The notes beneath the pieces are model-generated. The model searched no databases, was not told the DNA's origin, and saw nothing but the letters and a program-made list of their open reading frames with translations. The position numbers and the translations under genes are program-made. Positions 24,251-33,736 of a DNA stretch of 40,690 nt are shown here, one piece after another (within the stretch, counting starts at the first letter, position 1; the number at the start of each line of letters is the position of its first letter). Origin of the DNA: an uncultured bacterium (lineage in GTDB: Bacteria; Myxococcota_A; Polyangia; Polyangiales; Houyiibacteriaceae); NCBI GenBank assembly GCA_937998345.1, contig CALLDH010000053.1:1-40690 (forward strand), written 5' to 3'.

Positions 24251-25489
24251 ATGAAGGCGTCGATGGAAGGACTGCCTCCACAGATCGGACGCTACCGAAT
24301 CGACGGGCTCCTCGGGTCGGGCTCGATGGGAACGGTCTATCTGGCCCATGACGCGGATCTGGACCGGCCGGTGGCGGTCAAGACCCTGCGCGACCTCGTG
24401 CTCGATGAACAGATGCGCGAGGTGTTCCTCGGCCGCTTTCAGAACGAGGCGCGGGCCGCCGCGCGCCTTCATCACCCCAATATCGTTCAGATATTCGACG
24501 TCGGCGACGACCCGAAAGTCGGCCCATACCTGGTTTTCGAGTACGTCCACGGACACACACTCAAAGAAGAGCTCAAAAAGCGGGGCCCTCTCTCCCGCGA
24601 CAAGTTGCTCGACCTGGCCCAACATGTTGGCGATGCGCTTGCAACGGCACACCTCGCGGGAGTGATCCATCGGGACCTCAAGCCCGAGAATCTGCTCATC
24701 ACCGACAACGGGCAGGTGAAGCTCGCCGACTTCGGCATCGCGCGCGTACCCAACGCGGACCTCACCAAGGAAGGGCAGTTCCTCGGCACCCCCTGCTATG
24801 CAGCTCCAGAGACGCTGCGCAGCGGGGAGTACAGCGAGCAAAGCGATCTGTTCTCGTTCGGCGCGGTGATCTACGAAGCTGCGTGTGGCGAACGAGCGTT
24901 CCCCGGGGCCGAGGCGATGGCCGTCGCGCACCAAGTGATGAGCAAGGACCCCGTTCCGCCGAGCGAGGCAAATCGAGGCGCTGCAATTCCAACGACCGTC
25001 GACGCAGCAATTCTCCGTGCGCTCCGAAAGAACCCATCCGAGCGCTACGCGAGCACGCGCACCTTCGTCTCTGCACTCAAAGAAGCCTACGACGGACGGC
25101 GCCCACCAACGGCGCAACGCAAGCGCAAGAGCTTGCCGCTCGTGATGACGCTGACCTTCGGCGTCCTGCTCGCATTGTGGGTCGCCGTGGAGAACTGTGA
25201 GCCAAAGGTCGCCGGCCCTGACCCCGACGCTGGCACTGGCGCCGACACTGGCACTGGCGTCGGCACTGATGCTGGCGCTGACATCGATGCCGGCCCCGAC
25301 TCTCTGTCCCCGCACGAGCGTGAGGAAGCTGCCAAGGACGAGCTCGGACGGGCGCGCGCCGCCCTCGAGCGCGGGGATCTCACCGAAGCCGCCGCAGCCC
25401 TCGATCGCGCAAGCACGTTCGATTCGAGCAACCCAGACGTCGCCGAGCTACGAGAGCAAATACTCGCGGCGCGGCCCGACGCGGGCTAG
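24251..25489 (+). CDS. Hanks-type Ser/Thr protein kinase with C-terminal TM helix and extracytoplasmic tail
   Basis: GSGSMGTVY, VAVK, HRDLKPENLL, DFGIAR and APE motifs. TM helix LPLVMTLTFGVLLALWVAV. Confidence 0.92.
   Translation: MKASMEGLPPQIGRYRIDGLLGSGSMGTVYLAHDADLDRPVAVKTLRDLVLDEQMREVFLGRFQNEARAAARLHHPNIVQIFDVGDDPKVGPYLVFEYVHGHTLKEELKKRGPLSRDKLLDLAQHVGDALATAHLAGVIHRDLKPENLLITDNGQVKLADFGIARVPNADLTKEGQFLGTPCYAAPETLRSGEYSEQSDLFSFGAVIYEAACGERAFPGAEAMAVAHQVMSKDPVPPSEANRGAAIPTTVDAAILRALRKNPSERYASTRTFVSALKEAYDGRRPPTAQRKRKSLPLVMTLTFGVLLALWVAVENCEPKVAGPDPDAGTGADTGTGVGTDAGADIDAGPDSLSPHEREEAAKDELGRARAALERGDLTEAAAALDRASTFDSSNPDVAELREQILAARPDAG
25223..25294 (+). repeat. Tandem 18-nt minisatellite (~4 units), same family, antisense relative to its host gene
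   Basis: CCCGACGCTGGCACTGGC / GCCGACACTGGCACTGGC / GTCGGCACTGATGCTGGC / GCTGACATCGATGCCGGC. The reverse complement gives GTGTCGGCGCCAGTGCCA, nearly the 5436 unit. It lies inside the kinase CDS. Confidence 0.85.
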
Positions 25490-25770
25490 TTGAGCTTGTT
25501 GCGGTCGTCTCGGACCGGCTTCCAGCGGCAGTCCTGGCCACCGCCCGCGGTCGGGTTGCACTTGGACATGTAGGTCAACGTGCGGCCGCAGCCGCTCACG
25601 CGCTTCACCATGGCCTGGTCGTCGACGAACTCGATCATTGACGCGTCACAGTCGAGATCGACCGCTGCGGCGCTTCGCACCTGTTGCGTGGCGGCGGACT
25701 CGTGGCCGCACCCCAACCCCAGCAGACTGAGCGCCATGACGGCCGCGACTTGGACGACTTTCTTCGGCAT
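25486..25770 (-). CDS. Small Cys-rich lipoprotein
   Basis: The C-terminal 94 aa of ORF 25486..26313 start at ATG 25770. MPKKVVQVAAVMALSLLGLGCG has a lipobox, followed by 4 further Cys. Confidence 0.55.
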   Translation of the reverse strand: MPKKVVQVAAVMALSLLGLGCGHESAATQQVRSAAAVDLDCDASMIEFVDDQAMVKRVSGCGRTLTYMSKCNPTAGGGQDCRWKPVRDDRNKLN

Positions 25771-25819
25771 CGGCTGGACCCCCGGCGCGGAGCATAACGC
25801 ATGCGCGCACTCGAAGCGT

Positions 25820-26533
25820 TTATAACTTGATGCCCAGAGTTCGCAAATCGTTCTCGGCTTGTGGCGCCCATCCGCGGTTGGCCTTCGGGCTGGCGGGGCT
25901 CGGATGCAGGACAGTGCCGATCGCAGGACCGTCGTCGCCGAGCGCAGCGCTCGCGCGTTTTGTCGCCCAAGCGCCCACGCCCACCACGAGCTTCGGGTCG
26001 AGGGCCTCAACCGCCGCACGCAAGGCTTTGTCGCACACAGACAGCAGAGGGAGGCGCTCGGCGGCCGACAGCTTGTCCGGCGTTCGGTTGCGCCCGGTCG
26101 ATTCCATGAAGAGCAACGGGCAGTAGTTGATGACGAAAAATCGCGAGAAGAACTTCTCCGGCGTACCGAACCGCTCCTTCGCCCATCCCCAGAGACGAGA
26201 GCCACTGACTTCGGAACGCTCGCACTCGAAACCGAGCACTGGGCGCTTCGGATGCTCGTCCGGTGGGCGAGCAACGGGCGCCTCGATGCCCATCCAATCG
26301 CGGACGAAGCCAACGTCGCCGAACGGCACCCCGGTTTGCCCCATTCCGAACGGGCCGGGGTTCATGCCCACGAATACAGCCTCCTTCGGGCTGGCACCGA
26401 AGCGGCTCAGGTAGAGCTCATGAGGCCGCTTCGCGTATTGTAGTGGGTTGTAGACGTGGGTCACTGGCTCGCTGAACTCCAGCTCTGACACCGCGCGGCT
26501 CAACGCGCGGGAGATTCTGACGAGCCCGGCCAT
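25820..26533 (-). CDS. SMUG1-type (family 3) uracil-DNA glycosylase
   Basis: VFVGMNPGPFGMGQTGVPFGDVGFVRDWMGI...HPKRPVLGFECERSEVSGSRLW...LHPSPASPKANRGW follows the human SMUG1 motif order (GMNPGPFGMAQTGVPFG, HPSPRNPQANKGW). Confidence 0.88.
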   Translation of the reverse strand: MAGLVRISRALSRAVSELEFSEPVTHVYNPLQYAKRPHELYLSRFGASPKEAVFVGMNPGPFGMGQTGVPFGDVGFVRDWMGIEAPVARPPDEHPKRPVLGFECERSEVSGSRLWGWAKERFGTPEKFFSRFFVINYCPLLFMESTGRNRTPDKLSAAERLPLLSVCDKALRAAVEALDPKLVVGVGAWATKRASAALGDDGPAIGTVLHPSPASPKANRGWAPQAENDLRTLGIKL

Positions 26534-26539
26534 GCGCGA

Positions 26540-27448
26540 TCAGCAGAGATAGCGCTCGCCGCCATCGCAAAGAATGGTGACGACTCGCTCTCCCGCCTGC
26601 ATCCGACGCGACACCTCGAACGCGGCGTGGACGTTCGCTCCCGAAGATGGCCCAAGCAGCAAACCCTCTTCGCGAGCGAGACGCTTGGTCATGCGTTCCG
26701 CCGCGAGGTCGGTGACGGTGATCACCTCGTCGATCAGGTCCGTGTCGAGCACGGCCGGGATGAACCCCGCGCCGAGCCCTTGAATGCCGTGCAGCCCTGG
26801 CTTCCCGCCGGACAACACGGAGCTCGCCCGCGGCTCGACGGCGACCACCCGAAAGTTCGGATTGCGCTCTTTGAGCACGCGGCCAACCCCGGTGAGCGTG
26901 CCCCCGGTGCCAACGCCGGCAACGAATGCGTCGACTTTCCCGCCGGTCGCCTCCCAGATTTCTTCCGCGGTGGTCTTCGCATGAATGTCGGGGTTGGCGG
27001 GGTTTTCAAACTGACCACACATCAGTGAGCCGGGGGTCGTCTTCAACAGGCGCTCGGCCTGCTCGACTGCGCCGGCCATCCCGTCCTCGGCCGCCGTCAA
27101 GACCACTTCGGCGCCATACGACTTCAGCAAGTAACGTCGTGCCGCGCTCATGTCTTCAGGCATGACGATGACGCAGCGATACCCGCGGACCGCACAGATC
27201 ATCGCGAGGCTGATGCCAGTGTTGCCGCTGGTCGCCTCCACGACCGTCGAGCCCGGAGCGAGCGTCCCCGACTCTTCTGCCGCAAGGATCATCGAAATCG
27301 CTGGGCGATCCTTCACCGAACCGGCCACATTGCTCGCTTCGAGCTTGCCGCAGATCTCGGCGCCCTTATCACCGGTGATTCGCGCGAGGCGTACCAAGGG
27401 AGTGTGGCCGATCAGGTCCAGCGCGCCGTCGTAGATTCGATCCGTCAT
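26540..27448 (-). CDS. cysK: Cysteine synthase (O-acetylserine sulfhydrylase, CysK/CysM family)
   Basis: LIGHTPLVRL, GSVKDRPA (PLP lysine) and TSGNTGISLA. Confidence 0.85.
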   Translation of the reverse strand: MTDRIYDGALDLIGHTPLVRLARITGDKGAEICGKLEASNVAGSVKDRPAISMILAAEESGTLAPGSTVVEATSGNTGISLAMICAVRGYRCVIVMPEDMSAARRYLLKSYGAEVVLTAAEDGMAGAVEQAERLLKTTPGSLMCGQFENPANPDIHAKTTAEEIWEATGGKVDAFVAGVGTGGTLTGVGRVLKERNPNFRVVAVEPRASSVLSGGKPGLHGIQGLGAGFIPAVLDTDLIDEVITVTDLAAERMTKRLAREEGLLLGPSSGANVHAAFEVSRRMQAGERVVTILCDGGERYLC

Positions 27449-27474
27449 CTGGCGGCTAGCATACCAGGCGGCGC

Positions 27475-28452
<978 letters not shown>

Positions 28453-28523
28453 GGGGCCGCGCTGCGCAGTGGGTTCGATGCTGGAAGTCTAGCCTGTCCC
28501 GGGATGGGGCGCGAGCGGCAACG

Positions 28524-30560
28524 CTAACGCCAGACCAGGGCGTCGGGTTCGCGTTCGACCGCCGTTTCGAGGCGCTCGTGGGCAGCCAAGATTAGAGAGC
28601 GGCTGGTATCCCCGTCGAGCGGGTACGAGGCCAGGCCAACCGCAAGGTGCAGAAAGGAGAGCTCCTCCGGATTCCTGGTGCGCTGGGCGTCTAGGTCCTC
28701 CTGGAGCCTGCGAACCACCTCGACGACCGCACGGGCGCTAGCACCGTCGAACCCGACGACAAACGTGTTCTCGTCCCATCGTCCCCTGACGTCTTCCCGG
28801 CGGAACCTGCCGTATATCAAGCGGCCTAAGTGGGCTCGCAGGCGCCGCGCCCGGACGTGATCGAGCCCGTCGAGGCCCGTCGCCTGGATGAGGCCGAGGG
28901 AGTACGTGTGTCCGTTGCGTTGAGCGGACGCCAAACCGGATTCGAGCGCGGCAACCGCTCCCGGTCGGGCGAGTAACCCGGTCTGACTGCAGCGCACCTG
29001 CTGCCGGCGGAGTCGCGCCATCCGTTCGGCCTCACGATGCAGGCTCGCCAGCCAACCTGTCGCGCGACTGAGCGGCTCGCTGATTTCGTCTTCTCCGGCG
29101 AGCGGCGAGTCGTCAAAGCACATCAGAGAGAAGTCCGAATCCCACGCCGACATGCGGATGATCGCTGGAACCTGCTTTCCGGTCACGCCGGACCCGAGCA
29201 AGATGGCGTCTGGGCATTGCATGTCGATCTCTCGCAAGAGCTCATCGAAGCTGAAGTAGAGAAAGCATTCGATGCCCGCCTCCTGGATCTGCCGCGCCGC
29301 GTCGGGGTCACGAAGAACCGCCACCTTGGGACTCGGGGTCATCGCGCGCTCGACCGCCGTGCCTATCGCGTGATGGAGCCGAACGAGCTCGATGGGGTGC
29401 GGCAAGAAGATGTCGACGCCAAGCTGTGCGGCGAGGGCCCGCGTGTGTGGATCATCGTCGACGGACAGAAGGATGACCGGCACCTCCGCGCAGCCGTGCA
29501 AGCTGCGGAACATCTGAATAAACCGGGGCAGCGCCTCACGATCCTCGAGAGGCCAGCCGACGAGCGTCGCGGTGGGCGGATTGCGGGCGGCAATCTTGAG
29601 CGCTTCGTCGACGGTCGAAACAGGCCTCAGGTGCACCAGCACCTCATCGAGGGCTGACCGCAGATAGGCGATCATTGCGGGATCGTCTTCGAGCACCATT
29701 AAGGTCGGAACGAAATCTTTCGGAACTGGGCGGTGCAGGAAAAAGGACGCCGCCGGTGTGACCGAGGGCGGGGCCGCCGCCATTGACCCCGTGTCCGCCG
29801 GCCGACCGACCGCTGCTGCGGCATGGCCTCGAACCTCGTCGATGGACTCGAACATGCTTGTCCAATCGAGTCGGCCCGATTCCTGAAGATGACGAAGCTG
29901 GGTCTCGATGCGGCCCACCGCCTCGGAGATCTCGGCGAACCCGTGCGTCTGCGCGGCTCCGTGCAGGTCATGCGCCTGGCGCAGCGCTTCGGCGACCACG
30001 CTGCTTCGGTCCGCGTCGGAGTGCACCCGCTGGATCGCGCCGGTCAGATTATCGGCCGCGATCGGAAGCAGACTCGTATACGACTCCTTGGCCCGCTCGG
30101 GATCGACCCCAGGTTCAGACGGCTCGTCAGGAAAGAGGATTCGGTCCGCAGGATCCTCAGCCCGACGATGTGCAGCAGGCGTCAAGCTCATCGGCGCGGA
30201 TACCGCGCCTGCCACTTCCCGGGCAAATCGATCCACCGCGACCGGCTTGTGAAACACCTTAATCACGTCGAGGTCGCGGGTGAGATGCTTGAAGGTCGTC
30301 AAGTCTCTGTAGAACGCAGAAACGAAAATGATCGGGACTTGGATACCGTCGTGACGAAGCTCCTCAATCCACACGATGCCGTTGGTGTCCGGAAGCAAAC
30401 CGTCGACGATGAGCAATGACGGTCGTTCTTCCTCGAGCAACGCGCGGGCGATGCTGCCTTTGGTCGCATTCAATACGCGCAGGCCGAACGCTTCGAGCGC
30501 CGGGGTGACACTCGATCGAAACTGCGTGTCATCATCAAGCAGGAGAACAGTCGGGGGCAC
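28524..30560 (-). CDS. Multidomain response regulator: REC - Hpt - pseudo-REC - pseudo-REC - degenerate GGDEF
   Basis: 678 aa. REC1 has LLLDDD...LLIVDG...FHKP. Hpt-like segment is LRQAHDLHGAAQTHGF. REC2 has LVGW and LPHP in place of the acceptor Asp and Lys. REC3 has ILLGSG. The C-terminus has TGLLARPG...RWDENTFVV in place of RxGGDEF. Confidence 0.75.
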   Translation of the reverse strand: MPPTVLLLDDDTQFRSSVTPALEAFGLRVLNATKGSIARALLEEERPSLLIVDGLLPDTNGIVWIEELRHDGIQVPIIFVSAFYRDLTTFKHLTRDLDVIKVFHKPVAVDRFAREVAGAVSAPMSLTPAAHRRAEDPADRILFPDEPSEPGVDPERAKESYTSLLPIAADNLTGAIQRVHSDADRSSVVAEALRQAHDLHGAAQTHGFAEISEAVGRIETQLRHLQESGRLDWTSMFESIDEVRGHAAAAVGRPADTGSMAAAPPSVTPAASFFLHRPVPKDFVPTLMVLEDDPAMIAYLRSALDEVLVHLRPVSTVDEALKIAARNPPTATLVGWPLEDREALPRFIQMFRSLHGCAEVPVILLSVDDDPHTRALAAQLGVDIFLPHPIELVRLHHAIGTAVERAMTPSPKVAVLRDPDAARQIQEAGIECFLYFSFDELLREIDMQCPDAILLGSGVTGKQVPAIIRMSAWDSDFSLMCFDDSPLAGEDEISEPLSRATGWLASLHREAERMARLRRQQVRCSQTGLLARPGAVAALESGLASAQRNGHTYSLGLIQATGLDGLDHVRARRLRAHLGRLIYGRFRREDVRGRWDENTFVVGFDGASARAVVEVVRRLQEDLDAQRTRNPEELSFLHLAVGLASYPLDGDTSRSLILAAHERLETAVEREPDALVWR

Positions 30561-30615
30561 GTGGGAGCCATTGTGGCACCGTTTGCGGCACCTACAAAAC
30601 GATCAGGCAGCGGGC

Positions 30616-31323
30616 TCAGGAGGCGCGCTGGTAGTCGGAGTCCGCCCGCCGCAGGTACGCCTGGGCGACCGGGTGGTCGGCACACCGTTCGACGACGTCT
30701 CGTAGGTGCTGCAGACCCTCTTTGCGGTCTCCGGTCTCGATCTCGATCACACCCAGCAACGCGCGAGCGTCGTGGTGCTCCTGGTCCAGTTGCAGGATGA
30801 GCGTCAACTCCTCCCGCGCCCCCTGGGCATTCCCGCGGAGCCTCAGCAGCTTGGCGAGCTCGAGTCGAATGTCGTGGAACTTCGGGCAGAGCCTGAGTGC
30901 ACGCCCGAACTCGTGCATCGCATCCTCCGGACGATCCAAGTCGAGATACGCCCTGGCGAGCGCCCGGTGGAGGTTCGCTACCTTGCCACGGCGGTAGGCG
31001 TCGTTCGATGAATCTGAGTGGCGCTGAGCCCTCTGCAGCGTGCGAACGCCCGAGCCGTACTCGCCGAGCTCGTTGCAAGTCACCGTGAGGTTCAGCGCTG
31101 CCTCGAGGTAGCCGGAGTTGACCTCGAGAGCCTGCTGAAAGCACCAGCGCGCTTCGGAAAGCCGGCCGCCAAGATGATAGATGACCCCGAGTCGATTGAA
31201 CACGTCGGGATAGCGGAGCCCTTGTTGCACGAGCTTCTCGAAGTACGGCTGAGCGAGGGGGTACTCGGCGCGATCGTAGTGCTCGTTCGCCGCGTCCAGA
31301 ATCTGTTGAGCCCAAGGAGCCAT
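30616..31323 (-). CDS. TPR repeat protein
   Basis: ORF 30616..31437 trimmed to ATG 31323, which removes the overlap with the bamD 3' end. Repeated A/Y/L-pattern TPR helices (e.g. YPDVFNRLGVIYHLGGRLSEARWCFQQALEVN). Confidence 0.7.
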   Translation of the reverse strand: MAPWAQQILDAANEHYDRAEYPLAQPYFEKLVQQGLRYPDVFNRLGVIYHLGGRLSEARWCFQQALEVNSGYLEAALNLTVTCNELGEYGSGVRTLQRAQRHSDSSNDAYRRGKVANLHRALARAYLDLDRPEDAMHEFGRALRLCPKFHDIRLELAKLLRLRGNAQGAREELTLILQLDQEHHDARALLGVIEIETGDRKEGLQHLRDVVERCADHPVAQAYLRRADSDYQRAS

Positions 31324-31390
31324 GGGCCCGAAGGTAGCGATTGGCCGGATCGCTGGCCAGAAATCCGCGCCACGCGCGTAACCAGTTGCC

Positions 31391-32182
31391 TCAGCCGATC
31401 TTGCCCAGCAGGGCGCGGGCCTTCTTGGCCTCGCCACTCTCGGGGAAGCGCTGGACGATCTCGCTGAAGGTTTCCCGGGCCGCTTCGACGTCTTTGGTCT
31501 TCAGGTAGACCTCTCCAAGCAGGAGGAGGGCCTTGGACTCCACACCGCTGCCTGGATAGGAAGCGAGCAAGCCCTTGAGCCGCGAGATCACACCGCGATA
31601 CGCCTCTCGCTTGAGATAGAAGCGGGCGACGTAGAACTCGTGTGCGGCGAGCAGGCTCATGCATTCTTCCATGAGCTTGTTGGCGTCGGGAACGCGCTGA
31701 TCGTCGGGGTAGTCGACCACGAAACGGCGCAGCTGGATCAGCGCGTCCCGGGCAGCGCTCTGGTCACGTTCGGCCGCAGGCGGCGTCATGAACCAGCCAC
31801 CTGGGATCTGATTGTAGTAAGCCTCGGCGATGCGGAATCGCGCGTAGGGGATCTCTTTGTGCGAGGGACGGATGCGAACGAATTGCCGGTAGGTCTGGAT
31901 CGCCTCTGGATACGCTTCATTCTTGAACTGGCAATCACCGATCCGAAGCTCCGCCAGCGCTGCGAAACGGCTGTAGGGGAATTCCCGTCGAATCTCGTTG
32001 AACATCGGCTCGGCCGAGAGACAATCGCCACGGCGGAAATCGAGCAGCGCCTTCTCGTAGCCGGTGCGCGCATCATCGTCGGGGTCGAGCATCTTCTTGC
32101 CGCTCCCAGACGCCGAGCCGCCGCACGCCATCGCGAACACGAGCAGACCCGTCCACACCAAGCTGTCGAGGCGAAACCCCAT
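31391..32182 (-). CDS. bamD: Outer membrane protein assembly factor BamD (YfiO-type TPR lipoprotein)
   Basis: Trimmed to ATG 32182. MGFRLDSLVWTGLLVFAMACGG has a lipobox. FPYSRFAALAELRIGDCQFKNEAYPEAIQTYRQFVRIRPSHKEIPYARFRIAEAYY shows the typical BamD pattern. Confidence 0.75.
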   Translation of the reverse strand: MGFRLDSLVWTGLLVFAMACGGSASGSGKKMLDPDDDARTGYEKALLDFRRGDCLSAEPMFNEIRREFPYSRFAALAELRIGDCQFKNEAYPEAIQTYRQFVRIRPSHKEIPYARFRIAEAYYNQIPGGWFMTPPAAERDQSAARDALIQLRRFVVDYPDDQRVPDANKLMEECMSLLAAHEFYVARFYLKREAYRGVISRLKGLLASYPGSGVESKALLLLGEVYLKTKDVEAARETFSEIVQRFPESGEAKKARALLGKIG

Positions 32183-32250
32183 CGCGCACGGAGGTAGCCT
32201 CTGGCTCCGCCGGAAACAAGGCGACGCGCCTACCGGGGGCGCTGGCGGCC

Positions 32251-32823
32251 TCACGCGCTCGCGATTTGGTTGTCGATGACTCGAGCCGGGTCGATTCCGA
32301 GCGAGGCAAGCGCCGCTTCCCAGCGCTGGTCAACCGGTGTGTCGAACACCAGGCCGTAGTCGAGGTCTACCGGAATCCAGGACCCCTGCTTCATCTCACT
32401 CTCGAGCTGACCCTCGCCCCAGCCGGAGTAGCCGAGCATCATCGCGCAGGTGTCGGGGCCGTCGCCTCGCGCGATGCGCTCCAACAGCTCGATCGAAGCA
32501 CTGCACGCGATCCGCTGGCCGACCGCGATCGTTCGCCCGGACGAAGGCTGCGGAACTCCCTCTGCGTCGTAGAGGATCCAACCGGACTCGGGGGAGACGG
32601 GTCCACCAAGCATGACGGGCGCTCGCACCGTACCGGCCGCTTCACCGGAAACCCCGACTTCTTGGAAGACGTCTTCAATGTCGAGGTCGGTCACGCGGTT
32701 GAGGACAAAGCCAAAAGAGCCCTCGTCGCCGTGATCGATCAGCAACACCAGCGTATGATTGAAAAACGGGCACCGCATCGAAGGTGCCGCGACGAGAAAT
32801 CCCGGTGCAAGTGATGCAACCAC
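32251..32823 (-). CDS. YqgE/AlgH family protein (UPF0301)
   Basis: FLVAAPSMRCPFFNHTLVLLIDHGDEGSFGFVLNR...GGPV...GYSGWGEGQLE. Trimmed to GTG 32823 to avoid a 59-nt divergent overlap with plsC; ATG 32940 from the ORF track is possible. Confidence 0.8.
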   Translation of the reverse strand: MVASLAPGFLVAAPSMRCPFFNHTLVLLIDHGDEGSFGFVLNRVTDLDIEDVFQEVGVSGEAAGTVRAPVMLGGPVSPESGWILYDAEGVPQPSSGRTIAVGQRIACSASIELLERIARGDGPDTCAMMLGYSGWGEGQLESEMKQGSWIPVDLDYGLVFDTPVDQRWEAALASLGIDPARVIDNQIASA

Positions 32824-32881
32824 GAGCCGAGACTGCCACCAAATCCGAAGCCTCGCGAGCCCAAAGTCGGGAGCCGCAAAA

Positions 32882-33631
32882 ATGAGCAAAGTGCGGGTGT
32901 TCCTGCGCACCGGAGCCTTCGTCGGTTTCTCGGCGGCCATCCTTGCGGCTTATGAAGCGAGACGCGCCATCACCTCCGAATCGGGGCAGGCACAACTCGG
33001 AAGCCGGTACCTCGCGCGTTTGACCGACGGCCTTCTGAAGGTCTTCGGCGCGGAGCTTCTGGTGCACCGGCAGCACACGCACGAAGGCGCGGCGCTGGTG
33101 GTCGCCAACCACCAAAGCGCGCTCGACATCGCTGTGATGCTCTCGCTCTTTCAGGGCGTGATGCTGAGCAAGCACGACGTCGCCGATTGGCCGTTGCTCG
33201 GTCGATTGGCGAAGCATGGCGATACGATCTTCGTGAACCGGGAGGACCGGCGAAGCGGTGCGGCAGCGCTGCGCGAGATCCGCAGACGGGCCAAAGAGGG
33301 GCGCACCGTCGTCGCTTTCCCGGAAGGGGGAACCTTCCCCGGTGATTCGGTTCACGAGTTTCACCCCGGTGCCTTTGCCGCGGTGCGATCGCTTGGCGTT
33401 CCGATCATCCCGGTCGGCCTGGCGTACTCGCCCGCAGTAGCCTTCGAGAACGAATCGTTCGCCAAGCACATCGCCAACATCGCTGCGCGCCCGGCAACCC
33501 AAATCGCGATCCACCTGGGCAGCCCGCTGCCGCCGAACCTCGATGCACGCTCCGCCGCGGACACCGCGCGAGCCCAGGTCGAGGGTCTAGTGACGGACGC
33601 GCGGCGCGTGCTCGACGGTTATCACCGCTGA
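32882..33631 (+). CDS. 1-acyl-sn-glycerol-3-phosphate (lysophospholipid) acyltransferase, PlsC family
   Basis: Trimmed to ATG 32882. NHQSALD (HX4D) and FPEGGT motifs, with an N-terminal membrane helix. Confidence 0.82.
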   Translation: MSKVRVFLRTGAFVGFSAAILAAYEARRAITSESGQAQLGSRYLARLTDGLLKVFGAELLVHRQHTHEGAALVVANHQSALDIAVMLSLFQGVMLSKHDVADWPLLGRLAKHGDTIFVNREDRRSGAAALREIRRRAKEGRTVVAFPEGGTFPGDSVHEFHPGAFAAVRSLGVPIIPVGLAYSPAVAFENESFAKHIANIAARPATQIAIHLGSPLPPNLDARSAADTARAQVEGLVTDARRVLDGYHR

Positions 33632-33701
33632 ATTCACGGATATCGCGGGGCGCCTCTGCTGGCTTTTGGGCGGGCGGCCCGCTCTTGGCTAGGATCCGGG
33701 T

Positions 33702-33718
33702 GCCTTCGGCCCGAAGGC
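33702..33718 (+). terminator. 7-bp GC hairpin after plsC (GCCTTCG-GCC-CGAAGGC)
   Basis: Exact complementary arms, but only a weak T-tract (CCCTTTG). Confidence 0.35.
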
Positions 33719-33736
33719 CCCTTTGCCGCCAAGCCC

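Noticed and set aside
24185-25315. A 376-aa minus-strand ORF antisense to the Ser/Thr kinase.
   Set aside because: The kinase frame carries the complete Hanks motif set. The antisense frame has none and is a shadow ORF.
30470-31315. A 281-aa minus-strand ORF overlapping the TPR gene in another frame.
   Set aside because: The product is Arg/Pro/Gly-rich low complexity. The alternative frame (30616..31323) gives regular TPR helices.
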